Assembly: GCA_047967505.1 (NCBI GenBank)
Contig: CM106538.1
Direction: 5' to 3' (one strand)
Length of the DNA: 64,000 nucleotides
Origin: Dipteris shenzhenensis
Taxonomy: Eukaryota
Shown here: positions 24,340-38,035 of the stretch, one piece after another
Layout: every line of letters starts with the position of its first letter
Position numbering within the stretch: position 1 is the first letter of the stretch
The notes under the pieces: generated by a model
Told to the model about the DNA's origin: nothing
The model's database searches: none
Seen by the model: the letters and a program-made list of their open reading frames with translations, nothing else
Program-made: the position numbers and the translations under genes

Positions 24340-25530
24340 CCACCTCCCCCACCTCCCAGATCTATGGAGCCTCCCACATCTACACCACCTCCCACATCTA
24401 CACCGCCTCATGGATACTTGAGATGCACAGATTGCAGAGTTGAGTCTAGGGTCATGGATATTATTCTGATTATTTTAGTTTATTTTTTTGTTGCGTGTTT
24501 TGAACTGAAGTTTTTTGGTTCATTCTCACCATATACGTGACATGTTTGCTTGGCAGGCACATCTATTGCGACAGGATATGGAGTCTCGTGTATGACAGTT
24601 GGAGGCAGATTTAGAGCAGAGGATTCAGACATGCATAGCCTACCATGGAGCGGAGCACTATATTTTGCAGTTGAGACATATTAGTCATGATCCATCTCGC
24701 CATAGGATCCACCCCAGTGTGGCCCTATACCCCACTCCTCCTACCCCACTCCTCCTGTAGATGTGCTGACTAGGACACCCATAGATGCACCAGTCAAAGC
24801 CAGGCTTCCTACTGCCACTTGCATCCTCTGCCATAAGGATTTTGACACCGTAGGGTGGTTTGGACTAGGGTGCGGCCACATCGCACATCTCCATTGCATG
24901 ACCTGCCACATGGTGGCACGATCAATGTGCCCTGTATGCTTTGCTGACATTGATGTGGCCACATACAGAGGACTAGGCATGGATGATCTATATCTTGGTC
25001 ATGGTCAAGCCGTTGATCGATTTGCCCATGTGGTCTTGACAGAGCACTACAAGGAGGAGGCACAGAGAGCTTTGCTGTAGAATAAGGGTGCTGATACTTC
25101 AATGGTTATAGCGTGTGTTCCGCAATGCTTCTCACATGGTGATTTCAAGCCAGGTGACGAGGCACGAGCAGAGGAGGCACATCGTATTGAGCGAGAGGCA
25201 GAGCTTCATATATCATTGCAGTAGTGGGTGGAGCAGCAGCTTGGGCGGACAGCATCTTCTACATGTAGATATGATTACTTGCATTGGATTTGAGGCACGA
25301 GTATTTGCAGATGCATGACTTTGGGAGTTGAGGCGCATACATAAAGGAGGCGAGGGAGGTAGAGATGGGAGTAGTGGCTCATGCAGCATGCCCTCCTCTT
25401 CATCAGGATGAGGCTGGCCCATTTGATCTAGGAGATGAGGCTGGACCATTTGATCCGGCTTTGCCTGAGGGCACATAGTGGATGGTTGGGCAGCGGGTCA
25501 TATAGGAGCCATGTCAGAGGATGACTAGAA
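24340..25530 (+). pseudogene. Degenerate gene encoding a Pro-rich/coiled-coil segment plus a RING-H2 finger
   Basis: ORF 24763-25080 contains CILC-x13-CGHIAHLHC-x10-CPVC (~24820-24939). Upstream exon after TTGGCAG reads AHLLRQDMESRV*QLEADLEQR. Multiple stops. Confidence 0.7.
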
Positions 25531-25889
25531 GATCATATGTGGAGTTATCAGATTATGATTTAGGATGATTGTTTAGGCTTCACACATATCTTGTTTAGGG
25601 ATGCACTTGTGCACGATGATGATGATGATGTACACATTCATTTTGGTACTTTCATGATGTTGTTCTTACTTTTATGATGTATGAGCATTTTGGTGCTTTC
25701 ATGATGTTCTTCTTACTTTGTTTATCTCAGTTTATAGTTTGTTCAAATCTAACATAAACATTTAATATTAGGAGTATCATTTTGAATTTCAGATATCTCA
25801 ATTCACACATCTAATACATAAGGTATTTTAAAAATAATGCCGTGTGAAGTAATTGTAAACATTAAGCATTGAAAAGGTGTTCAAGTATA

Positions 25890-25892
<3 letters not shown>

Positions 25893-25922
<30 letters not shown>
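25893..25922. repeat. (TC)n microsatellite
   Basis: Directly visible. Confidence 0.95.
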
Positions 25923-25925
<3 letters not shown>

Positions 25926-26149
25926 CTATGAACTTTATCATTTTGAATATCATATTGAATTTCATATATATCAATGCTTGCAATTATTACACTAATATTA
26001 TCACTAATTTTTGTAAATTGTAGATTAAGAAAAAAATGTCAATGTTTAGCATGGAATGGTGCTCATTGGTAGTAACATGTGTCAAACATTAATACATAAT
26101 TATGTACGATTGGTCCAAAATCATATAATACATATATACTTTCTCATAG

Positions 26150-28775
26150 GTAGTCACTAGTAGTGGGTGCATACAAAAATGTACGCATTATACCTTCTAC
26201 CTGGCACATACCAAATCAGTTGGAGACCAAATCTTGCATGAATGTATGTCTAGAGTATCCTAAGAGCTATGCAAAGTTTTATGCACAACAGATAAGTCCA
26301 CCGGCATATTTGGTTAGTATGTTTGCCATTTTTCATACATAGTCACTAGTAGGGAGTAGTGCATGCAAAAATGTATGCATTATACCTTCCACGTGGCACA
26401 TACAAAATCGATTGGCAACCAAATCTTGCATGGATGTATGTCTAGGGTAGCCTAAGAGCTGTGCAAAGTTTCATCCCCAACAAATAATTCTACATGCATA
26501 TTTGGCTAGTATGTGCACCATTTTCATACATAGTCATCACTAGTAGTGAGTGCATGTAAAAATGTATGCATTATACCTCCCACGTGGCACATACCAAATC
26601 ATTTGGAGACCCAATTCTGCATGGATGTAGGTCTAGGGTATCCTAAGAGTTGTGCAAAGTTTCATCCCCAACAGATAAGTCCACATGCGTATTTGGTTAG
26701 TATGTGCGTCGTTTCTCATACGTAGTGATTGTAAAAATGTACACATTATACCTTCCACGTGGCAGATACCAAATCAGTTGGAGACCAAATCTTGCATGGA
26801 TGTAGGTCTAGAGTAGTCTAAGAGCTGTGCAAAGTTTCATGCACAACAGATAAGTCCACCGGTGTATTTGGTTAGTATGTTTGCCATTTTTCATACATAG
26901 TCACTAATAGGGAGTGCATGCAAAAATGTATGCATGATACCTTCCACGAGACACATACGAAATCGATTGGCAACCAAATCTCACATGGATGTATGTCAAG
27001 GGTAGCCTAAGAGCCGTGCAAAGTTTCATCCCCAACAGATAAGTTCACATGCGTATTTGGTTAGTACGTGCACCATTTTTCATATGTAATCATCGGTGTT
27101 ACTAGTAGGGATTATAAAAATGTAAACATTATACCTTCCACGTGGCACATACCAAATAAATTGGAGACCAAATATTGCATGGATGTAGGTCTAGGGTAGC
27201 CTAAGAGCCGTGCAAAGTTTCATCCCGAACAGATAACTCCACATGCATATTTGGTTAGTACGTGCATCATTTTTCATACGTAGTCACTAGCAGGGATTGT
27301 AAAAATGTACGCATTATACCTTCCATGTGGCACATACCAAATCATTTAAAGACCAAATCTTGCATGGATGTAGGTCTAGGGTAGCCTAAGAGCTGTGCAA
27401 AGTTTCATCCCCAACAAATAAGTCCACATGCGTATTTGGTTAGTACGTGTGCCATTTTTAATATGTAGTCATCACTAGTAGTGAGTGCATGCAAAAATGT
27501 GCACATTATACCTTCTACATGGCACATACCAAATCATTTTGGGACCAAATCTTGCATGGATGTAGGTTTAGGGCACCTTAGAGCTAGGCAAAGTTTCATC
27601 CCCAACAGATAAGTCCACATGCATATTTGGTTAGTATGTGCACCATTTTTCATACGTAGTTACTAGTAGGGATTGTAAAAGTGTACACATTATACCTTCC
27701 ATGTGGCACATACCAAATCAGTTGGAGACCAAGTCTTGCATGGATGTAGGTCTAGGGTAGCCTAAGAGACGTGCAAAGTTCATCCCCAACAGATAAGTCT
27801 ACATGCGTATTTGGTTAGTACATGTGCCATTTTTCATACGTAGTCACTAGTAAGGATTGTAAAAATGTATGCGTTATACCTTCCACGTGGCTTATACCAA
27901 ATCAGTAAGAGACCAAATCTTGCATGGATGTAGGTCTAGGATAGCCTAAGATCTGTGCAAAGTTTCATCCCCAACACATAAGTCCACATGCGTATTTGGT
28001 TAGTGCATGTGCCATTTTTCATATATAGTCACTAGTAGGGATTGTAAAAATGTATGCATTATACCTTCCATGTGGCACATACCAAATCAGTTGGAGACAA
28101 AATCTTGCATGGATGTAGGTATAGGGTAGCCTAAGAGCCGTGCAAATTTTCATCCCCAACAAATGAGTCCACATGCGTATTTGGTTAGTACGTTCGCCAT
28201 TTTTCATACGTAGTCATCACTAGTAGTGAGTGCATGCAAAAATGTACGCATTATACCTTCCACGTGGCACATATCAAATCAATTGGAGACCAAATCTTGC
28301 ATGTATGTAGGTCTAAGGTAGCCTAAGAGTGGTGCAAAGTTTCATCCCCAACAAATAAGTCCACATGCATATTTGGTTAGTACGTGTGCCATTTTCCATA
28401 CGTAGTCACTAGTAGGGAGTGCTTGCAAAAATGTACACATTATATCTTCCACATGGCACATACCAAATCAGTTGGAGACCAAATCTTGCATGGATGTAGG
28501 TCTAGGGTAGCGTAAGTGCTGTGCGAATTTTCATTCCCAACAGATAAGTCCACATGCGTTTTTGGTTAGTACGTGCACCATTTTCCATACATAGTCACTA
28601 GTAGGGAGTGCTTGCGAGAATGTATGCATTATACCTTCCACGTGGCACATACCAAATCATTTGGAGACTAAATATTGCATGGATGTAGGTCTAGGGTAGC
28701 CTAAGAGCCATGTAGAGTTTCATCCCCAACAGATAAGTCCACATGCGTATTTGGTTAGTATATGCACAAATTTTC
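26150..28775 (+). repeat. Tandem array of ~188-bp units (14 copies, 175-194 bp)
   Basis: ATACCTTC anchor at ~26190, 26382, 26573, 26748, 26937, 27131, 27316, 27508, 27692, 27876, 28061, 28253, 28442 and 28631. Confidence 0.97.
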
Positions 28776-29099
28776 TTAGTCACATTTTTTAAATGTCCCA
28801 AAGCACAAAACACAATTACAAAATAACTACTAATAAACAATTTTTTGTTTTACAAAAGCAACAAATCCCATTGAGAAGATAACGGACATCATGTATAAAA
28901 TAGAATCTAATACAATGATGTGTATGAATGTGTATAAAACCATCATAGTGAAATACAAAATATGAGTCCATGAAAATTACAATGGTACGGTCACACAGTG
29001 AGCCTATACATATCGAATACAAAAATATGTAATCAACTAGTGATACCCAATAAAAATCTATCTGATCAACTGATGATCCCAAAACTATGATATGTAATG

Positions 29100-29912
29100 T
29101 GCTAGAATACATGTATGCCGCCATGTACTCCTGGAACTTCCTGCATCCTGATCATCATGTACCTTCTCCCAAGGCTGGAAGGGAGAAAGCACTCGTCGTG
29201 CCCATGGATCGGCCCATGGTATCATGGCGCACCCTCCCTAGTCATCATCAATGCATGCGGAGAAAAAACATGCAAACTGTCGAGAAAAGATTATGGGGTG
29301 AGACTCACCTATGCTCCTGATGGAATGGAAATCAAGAGTGCCAGACATTGAATGACAATCAAAAGGCCTAGATAGATCAAGACTCACAATGTCCACGCAC
29401 CAAAAATATTGGCTCATCGCCCTATCATCATGCAACTGAAATGAGGCGATAGCACTAGTGGATAAGTGATGTCTTCACCACTGCATCACATCATGTACAT
29501 CCTTGAAGCGATCGGCACTGTGACGCAATTGGTATCGATGCAAAGCATGCTTCACACAAGAACCTACACCATCATGCTCTCCCTTACCATGCACTATCTC
29601 GAAGTAGCTCCATGTGATCGAAATGCATGTCTCACGGTGCCATCTGTAGAACCAATAAAACTGTCTAGCAGATTTGAACTGACCACCACAGCTGTCTAAC
29701 CAGATCCAGCACCACTGCCATGTGACACCATGATCCCTCAAGAAACTATCATGCAAAGTGAAACAATGCTGCACAAAATGGGCATCATGCAATCGATCAT
29801 CACTAATGTAGAAGTGATACTCTCGCACAATGACGCGTGAGTCCATGGTGCTATCAATGCCATCCACATGAGCCTGTGCATGACGATAGCTAATGTGCAC
29901 AAATATAGCAAC
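29100..29912 (-). pseudogene. Sola2-like DDD transposase, C-terminal catalytic exon
   Basis: YISDDRLHDAHFVQ...WLDSCGGQFKS...WSYFEIVHGKGEHDGVG...GTLDFHSI...RQFACF. TTGCAG acceptor at ~29913; in-frame stops. Confidence 0.75.
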
Positions 29913-30446
29913 CTGCAATATGGCATTGAAAAAAAATATGACTATTGAAATAATTCAATATAATGAGGACATAACACAACAACACAAAGCAACTATAGAC
30001 ACGCTTGGTAGAGTGCAAAATAACGGGCATGTCTATAGCCATTGCTTGTATAGAGAAATTATGGGCGCATCTAATCGTGTGTCTAACAGCTCGTCTATTT
30101 GCGCGTGTATTAACACATCTATTTGTGCGTCTACACTAAGAAAATACGGGCCCATCTAACATTGCATTTATTAGCGCATCTATTTGCACGTGTATTAGTG
30201 CATCTATTAGCGCGTTTACACTGAGACAAATGCATATTTAGACGCATATTTTGATGCAAAATAGAGAATACAAAAAGTGAGATTTTGGTGTACATCATTG
30301 CTTTCCAAACATTTCCCATGATTACCAAAGCACATAATTTTAACAAAAACATCAATGCTTTTTTGCAAGCCCACATATACAAGAATTAAGTGAAGTGAGG
30401 AGAATGAGACAATATGTAAAATAGTTTTACCAATATCAATGATGTG

Positions 30447-33335
30447 CTACAGTTCAATCTCATCCTTAATGAGATCAACCCTTGACAAACTATCTACTTC
30501 AAAATCCAAACAAGTGTTTAGATCTACAATTACATTCAACCCACTACTACTTGTGCTACTCATGTGCTCATCGAAATCAGCATCACCAATGGTAGGCTCG
30601 TCCTCATGAGTAATGGCCTCAATATCTGTATCTCCTATCTCATGATCATTCTCCTCTCTCGTATCATGGTCATCATCACGTCCATGTCCATGATCATCCT
30701 CCATACGCTCCATATTAGTAAATGTACTATACATCACTTTGGAACGTGGCATACTAGGTATGACATGCCACCATCTATTATTATCCACCATTGGTTGATA
30801 GACAACCTAATTCAAACACAAATACAATCATGTTATTTTCCTTGCATCAAATATTTAAAAGCGAGTATTTTTATATGTGTGCATAGTACCTGTTCACATT
30901 GTTGCAGTAGTACTAGTGTGTCCTTCCTACTTTGCCAAAACTTTGTGGAGCCAACAGTTACAAAGCCACTTGCATGCCATTTGATTGTTGCATTAGGGCC
31001 TCTTTCCACCACGTTCTTAAACCACTTTACATCCAAAACATACACAAAGAAGCGTCGAAAGTCAAGCTTAATAATATCTTGGATTATGCCACAATAATCA
31101 TCCATGGCTCCATATGCTCCCTCAAAGCTAGCAATGATGCCACAATCTTGTATGTTTCTCTTATCATCAATCTGTTGTGTTTGAAAATGCTTGCCCTCAC
31201 ACCATATAGCATTGAACATAGTGCACTACACCAAGAAAAAATCAATTAAGTAAGAAATCTAAATTATTGAAAGCTCCTAACTTATGCATAACATTCTATA
31301 TACCGACCTTGCTCATGCATCCCCTAGCATACTCCCATTCTTCCATTGTGATATGCATCCCCTCGTCTTTCACTGCTTTCTCCATTTCATCAAGTAGCCA
31401 ATCCACATGAATATCCTTTAGAAGTGCTCCTAGATACTGAGGGTATGGCACACGAGATCCGTGGTGTGTACGAAAGAGGGACCTTTCTTCTTGTCTTCTT
31501 GCCTTTGCATCCTCGTATCTTGTCACCCATCTTTTCATCACATCACTATTAAGCACGCAATAGAGGTTGATACTATTATGCAACTCTGTATCTATTACTT
31601 TGTTGCATCCTTTCCCTTGAGGCACAATAGAGGTCATCCTTAGGTCTTCATCATCTCTCCATAGTCATGGGAGAGAGCTATCCATGTCAACAAGAAACTC
31701 GGAAATATATACAAGTGACTCTTGTACCAACCAACCCTCGTCCATGCTACCCTCGGGTCTTGCATTTTGTCTCACGAAACCCTTCAAGGTCTTCATGAAG
31801 CGCTCGAGGAAGAACAACCATCGTGCATGTATAGTATTGCATATAGCAATCTCACCCACCAAATGCACTATGAGATGTAGTTGGCTTGTGAGAACAGAAC
31901 GTGGAAATGTCTCCTCCACTAAACAAACCACCTCCACTGACATAACTCGAGCATTCTCAAGCCTGGTGGGATCTATTTCCTTTGAGCTCACATACCTAGA
32001 AATAAAAAAGTACACCATATCAGCAATATGAACACCTTGCATGGAGCATTGATATGCATCATATTTTGTATCATGTAAAGTACCTCACAAGCTCGCCCAT
32101 CTTGTAAATACAATCTTTCATGTCCTTCGATGAACTACGTCAAATGCTAGTAGGTAGTATGAACTGAACCCACGAGGAGATGGTTGATTAGTTGCTTATA
32201 ATTATTCACTCACAAATTTGAAAGGAAAAAGATATTATGCACATAAAATACTTACTTGGAGCATCTTGTGCCAATCATGAGATTTCAAGCCATATAATTG
32301 CTCTACACCTCTTTTCTTGCTCTTTGTAAAGGCTCCCTTCAAAAACCTCATGCATCCACCAGTGGGAGTACGAATTATAGTAATAGCGTGCTTCACCACC
32401 ACCATCTCTAGCTTTGATAACCTCCACGGTGCACGAAGTAAAAAACACGCCCATTTTTTCTCTCTTGTGGCCAAGCTTCACGCATCCTCCCTGTGGTACG
32501 TAGATCCTCCCTTATGCCTACGGAATCTCGTGTCCCATTCAAATGCTCCCAAATGGTAGATGCCACATTCTTGAAGATATGCATGGGATCAAGCAGGTGA
32601 TTGATCTTGAGGTGGGACCAATATGGTAAACGATAAAAGATGGAGTATCTAAACAAAATAAAGTGTTAGCAGGCAATCTTTATTTCCAGCCAATATAGCA
32701 CACAATAGTTACAAACCGTTACCTCCTCATGCCAAGTGGAGGAGTCATGGAACCCATCCCAAATTCTCATCCAATCTCCCACGGTGAGTGATTGTGGGAG
32801 GACTTCCTTCCAAGGGGCAACATATCTAGGATGATCAGGTGGGAGAAATCGATGGTAATTCTCATAGATGACCTTATTCAATGTGTTTGCCCGTGAGGCA
32901 ACTAGCAAAGGACCACAAACAGGGCATGCATGGTAACCCGATGTAGTGAGACCTGAACAATAGATGCAATTAAGAGTTGAAGGTGGGTTTATGGTGCCAC
33001 ATCCTTTGCCTATTAATAATTAGAAGTGCAATGCTTACCTGAACACTCACCATAGCCTGGGAAGTCATGCATCGTCCACATCAAGATTGCTTTGCAATTG
33101 AAGTCTCGTGACAAGGGAGGCCTGCTCACATCATGCACCTCGATACCTCTCCAAAGTATCTCTAGCTCGTCAATCAAAGGCTCCAAATAAACATCAGAAT
33201 TTTTGACTTTATGTTTCCGTGTAATTAGAACGGACAGCATAACATGTCCTTTCTTAATAGCCATAGAGGGTGGAAGATTATAATTCACCAATATCACTAG
33301 CCATACATTGTAAGAGGTGCTTTTGAGACCAAATG
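30447..33335 (-). pseudogene. CACTA/En-Spm family A transposase (Transposase_21, DUF4218, DUF4216), 5'-truncated, multi-exon
   Basis: PFGLKSTSY..W.VILVNYNLPP, WTMHDFPGYG, GYHACPVC, LDPMHIFKNV, GLKSHDWH, HLIVHL..RWLFFLERFMKTLKGFVRQNARPEGSM, YCGIIQDIIKLDF; GT-AG introns. Confidence 0.92.
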
Positions 33336-34190
33336 GGCTCATGCATGAGCATAAGCATGAGCTATTGCTTATGCTTATGCTTAAGCATAAGCATAAGCAT
33401 AAGCTCATGCTTATGCTCATGCAGAAAAAGAGGAGCTTATGCATAAAAAGAGAAAGAGGAGCTTATGCAGAAAAAGAGAAGGAGCTTATGCGGAAATAGA
33501 GAATGAGAGAAGCATAAGCTTCTCTCATTCTCTATTTCTGCATAAGCTCATGCATAAGCATAAGCTTATGCGGAAACTTAAGCATAAGCTCATGCTCATG
33601 CTCATGCTCATGCTTATGCTTATGCATAAGCATAAGTATAAGCATAAGCTCATGCTCATGCTCATGCTCATGCGAAAAAAGAGCTTATGCGAATGAGAGA
33701 AGGAGGAAATAGAGAAGGGGGAATGAGAGAAGCATAAGCATAAGAGAATAAGAGGAGCTTATGCAGAAAAAGAGGAGGAGCTTATGCAGAAATAGAGAAT
33801 GAGAGAAGCATAAGCTTCTCTCATTCTCTATTTCCGCATAAGCTCATGCATAAGCATAAGCTTATGCGGAAACTTAAGCATAAGCTCGTGCTCATGCATG
33901 AGCATAAGCTCATGATCATGCATGAGCATAAGCTCATGCTCATGCAGAAAAAGAGCTTATGCGAATGAGAGAAGGGGGAAATAGAGAAGGGGCAATGAGA
34001 GAAGCATAAGCATAAGAGAATAAGAGGGAAAGGAAATAGAAAATAAGAGGGAAAGGAAAGAGAGAAGGGAAAAGAGATGAGGGGGAAAGAGAGAAGGGGG
34101 AAAGAGAGAATAAGAGAAGAGGGAAAAAAGAGAAGGGGGAAAAGGAGAAAAAGAGAAGGGGGAAGAAGGAAAGAGAGAGAGGGGAAGAGA
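33335..34190. repeat. (GCATAA/GCTCAT)n hexamer and GA-rich tract of CACTA family B
   Basis: Directly visible; reverse-complement counterpart at 53520-53960. Confidence 0.9.
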
Positions 34191-34874
34191 GGGTTCCTAC
34201 GCCCATCACTGCAGCTAGCTCTTAAGGCGCTAGCTGCACGCCAATGCAAATAACAAAAATAATAAACGGAAAGAAGAGGAAGCACTTAACTGTAAAAGTA
34301 TGTCCCGCTCGGTGTAGTGGACTGGCCCTACAAAAGAGAGAAAACAACCCATTTTTTCAAATAAGATGTTAGTGGAAAGAGGAGATTACAAAAGCAACTT
34401 CTTGAAGGGAGGAGATTGAGGAGACAAGGAAAGGAGGAGATTGAGGAGACAAGGAGAAAGAGAAGGAAGAGAAATACAGAAAAAAGAGGTGAGTTTTCTT
34501 TCTTTCTTTCTTGAAATCTCGTTTTTTGTTTCAATCCTTTCAAATCAAGCATGAAAACTAGTTTACAGGTTTAGCAATACAAGTAGAAACACTCACAAAA
34601 CTAAAGCTAACAAATAAACAACCTTTATTGTTGAAACAAACTCACCTCTTGAAGAACTTTCTTTCAAGAAACCAAAGAGGGAAAAGGAGAGAGAGGGAGT
34701 ACAAGAGGTAGGAGAAGGGTGAGGAGTGGAAAATAGAGTGGGAGGTTGCTTGGAATAGATGGGAGGTCGTCGAAAATAGGTGGGGGGAGATTTTGGGTTG
34801 CTTACTTGAGAGATTAGGGAATGGATTGAGCAAAACGCCACACGTTTCGGTGTTTCGGGTTTTAACCCACAGCA

Positions 34875-35105
34875 TCGCTATATAGCGACGCTTATTCGTC
34901 GCTATATAGCGACGTTTTTAATTAAAAACGTCACTATATAGCGACGGAACAGAGCGCCGCTATATAGCGATGCTTACTGTTCATTTTTTTAATATGGCCT
35001 CAAGTGAAGCTCAAACATGCTATGCTTATAATTGTCAATATCTCCTCTTACTATATAGCCTTACTATATAGGATTTTTTGTTTCAATCCTTACTATATAG
35101 CGACG
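34875..35105. repeat. GTCGCTATATAGCGAC palindrome cluster upstream of the family B transposase
   Basis: At least 5 copies. The same cluster occurs at 44404-44552, 52657-52815 and 57639-57737. Confidence 0.93.
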
Positions 35106-35209
35106 TCATTCTTTTTATATGGCCTCAAGAGAAGCTCAAATTAAACATGCTATGCTTATAATTGTCAATATCTCCTCTTCATGCTTATGTTGTGATTTTA
35201 TAAGTGTAG

Positions 35210-38035
35210 ATGGAAGGGACGAGTGGAAGGTCATCCGCCGATGATGCGCCAATGCCCGGGAGCATGAAGCGGCTTACGAAGAGGTTATACTGTCATTGCA
35301 CTCATTGCAAGCGAGAAGTATGACATCAACATCGTATTATCATGCGCCACTTGCGGATGTATGGGGAGGAGCCGGAACCAGTACCCCCTGTTGGTGTTGC
35401 ACATGTTGATGGATCATCTGTAAGTCAAAGCTATTTAAGTTCACAATCTTATTGTATACCAGGAAATAGAAGATCTTATATTTAGACATATGAGCTTATG
35501 ACAGGATGAGGAGGGTGATGAGGGTACACATATACCTTGTCACTTTCAACAAGACTATAGTCTCCCGGATGACGACGAGGGTATGGTCGACATGATGGAT
35601 TCCATTTTTAGGGGCACTACATCCCACGTACACGTGATGTCAGAGTCTGAGGTCAAAATGCGAGAGTTGCAATCAACACAATTGTATGAGGGCGCTAGGA
35701 TGTCTAAACTACGTGCTTGTCTCTCAATCTTGAATCTACAAGTACAGTATGGGTGGTCGGATACAAGTGTCTCGGCCTTAATGAGGTTAGCCCTTGCATT
35801 AATTTGACTCATTATTTGAATATTGTTTGTTTTGAGAATCATCATTTGGATAGTGTCTTTGTCATAGGTTGCTCCAGAAGATGTTGCCTGCACCAAATAC
35901 CATGCCCGCATCAAGAGATGAAGCAAAAAAGATGCTAACAATGGTGGGTATGGATTATGATACCATCCATGCTTGCCGTAATGATTGTATTCTCTTTCGT
36001 CGTGAGCATGGAGATTTGGCTAGTTGTCCAAAGTGTGGGGAACAACGATATAGAGATGACTTGTAGGGTGAGCAGATACCGGTAAAGGTCTTAAGACACT
36101 TTCCCATCATTGCAAGAATACAACACATGTTTCGATGCAAATCCATAGCAGAGTTGATGACATGGCATGCATCTCATCGGTCCACTGATCACACATTAAG
36201 GATTCCCGCAGATTGTGCAGCTTGGAAGCACATAGATAATCAGTGGCCGGACTTTGCAAGAGAGCCACGCAACTTACATCTTGGGCTAGCCATGGACGGC
36301 GTGAATCCTTTCGGGTTACGCTCGACATCTTGGTCGACATGGCCCATAGTCGTGGTGAATTACAATATCCCACCATGGCTAACAATAAAAAAGGGACACC
36401 TCATGCTTGCACTACTTGTGCCAGCAAAGTAAAAGGCAAAAAACATGGACATGTACATGGCACCTTTGATAGAGGAGTTATAGATATTATGGAGAGGAGT
36501 GCAGGTCTTTGATATTTCCAGAGCTCCTAGGCATACCAATGATATTTTGGTCAGGGGTATCTTGATGTGGACCATGCATGACTACCCAGGATATGGAGAG
36601 TGCACAGATACGTGGTTATGTCTTTACATGTACAATGAGGGATTATGCTTTTTTTACTCTCTTTTGCACGCATGTCTTGTACTAACATATTCATGCACGC
36701 GTGCAGGACTTGTTACAAGTGGGTACCATGCTTGTCCTGTTTGTGGACCCGCTCTGAAATCGCTTGCACGCTACTCCAAACATATGAGGAAAAATGTTTA
36801 TGAAGGTCATGCTCGATACCTTCCGCTCGACCATCTCGCACGTGGAGGTCAGCTTGATCCACCACCATCATATTTGAAAGCAAGTGATTGGATTCAAGCT
36901 TGGAGGGAGAATGGAGAGGAACCTTCTCCTGGTATGAAGAGGCTAGCGATCTTTCACAAGCTTCCTTATTGGGGTCAGTTACAAATCAATCATCTCTTGG
37001 ATCCCATGCATATCTTCAAGAATGTGGGGGCTACCATTTGGGCACACTTGGTTGGTTCCAAGGACTCGAGAGGAGTGCGAGAAGACTTACGTGCTATGAA
37101 TAGGATGTCTCGTTTATGGCCCCAAGTGCATGCTTCGGGAAAATTTGTCCTCCCGAAAGCAACGTGGATCCTCTCTACGAGGGAGGAGGCGGCGATCAAC
37201 AAGGCAGGCATTGCCTCTTTTCAAACACCGACAGGGTACATGCGTTGCTTGAAAGGAGCATTTTCAAAGGACAATAAGCTTAGTGGCCTCAAGTCCCATG
37301 ATTGGCACAAGGTCTTACAGGTATTCTAAGTAGAATTAGTGTACCGATAATAGTGATGCGTTAGCGTAATTATTATTATGTTATATTGTTGACATGATTT
37401 CATTGTTGCTTTGATAGTTCATCCTTCCAATTACAATAAAAGGGTGCTTACAAGAAGATGTTAGAAATGCTATATTCAAGATCTATGGTATTGTGAGGTA
37501 TGCTTACTATCAATTCGCATTATGTATTTTCTTCATGGACATGTGAAATAGGTGGATATCTCAAATATCTTACATATGCATGGACATGTGAAATAGGTGG
37601 ATATCTCAAAAAGAGATCTCTATATCGAGCATCGAGAAGGCTAGGGTGGAATCCATCAAAGCCGTATGCTTGCTTGAGAAGCACTTTCCCTCAAGCATTA
37701 TGACAACTCAAGTCCACTTGCTTGTGCACATAGTTGATGAGGTGGCTATAGCAGGTACCGTTCATAATCGATGGATGTTTTTTCTCGAGCGGTTTATGAA
37801 AACTTTAAAGGGGTTTGTAAGACAAAGAGCAAGACCAGAAGCAAGCATGGCAGAGGGATGGCTTGTGCAAGAGTCATTAGTATATATCACAGAGTTTCTT
37901 GCATCCACAGATCCTGATATGCCGCAAGCTTGGCACAACAAGGATGATGATCGCATCATTGGCGAGGTCCCCCAAGGAAAAGGGATTGAAAGAAAGACGA
38001 GCGAAGAGCAAATGGAGAAATTCAATAAGTTTTGT
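35210..38035 (+). pseudogene. CACTA family B transposase, 3'-truncated
   Basis: ATG at 35210 (MEGTSG), LYCHCTHCK, IHACRNDCILF..CPKCGE, LAMDGVNPFG, WTMHDYPGYG, LDPMHIFKNV, RWMFFLERFMKTLK. Several in-frame stops; runs into the 188-bp array. Confidence 0.93.

Noticed and set aside
26150-28775. Regularly spaced repeats as a possible CRISPR array or 5S rDNA
   Set aside because: Whole units repeat with no unique spacers, no cas genes are present, and no 5S-like sequence was recognised.
33317-34285. MLML/HKHK and F/S/L-rich ORFs (also 51513-51898 and 53345-54058)
   Set aside because: Hexamer and CT/GA repeat translations.
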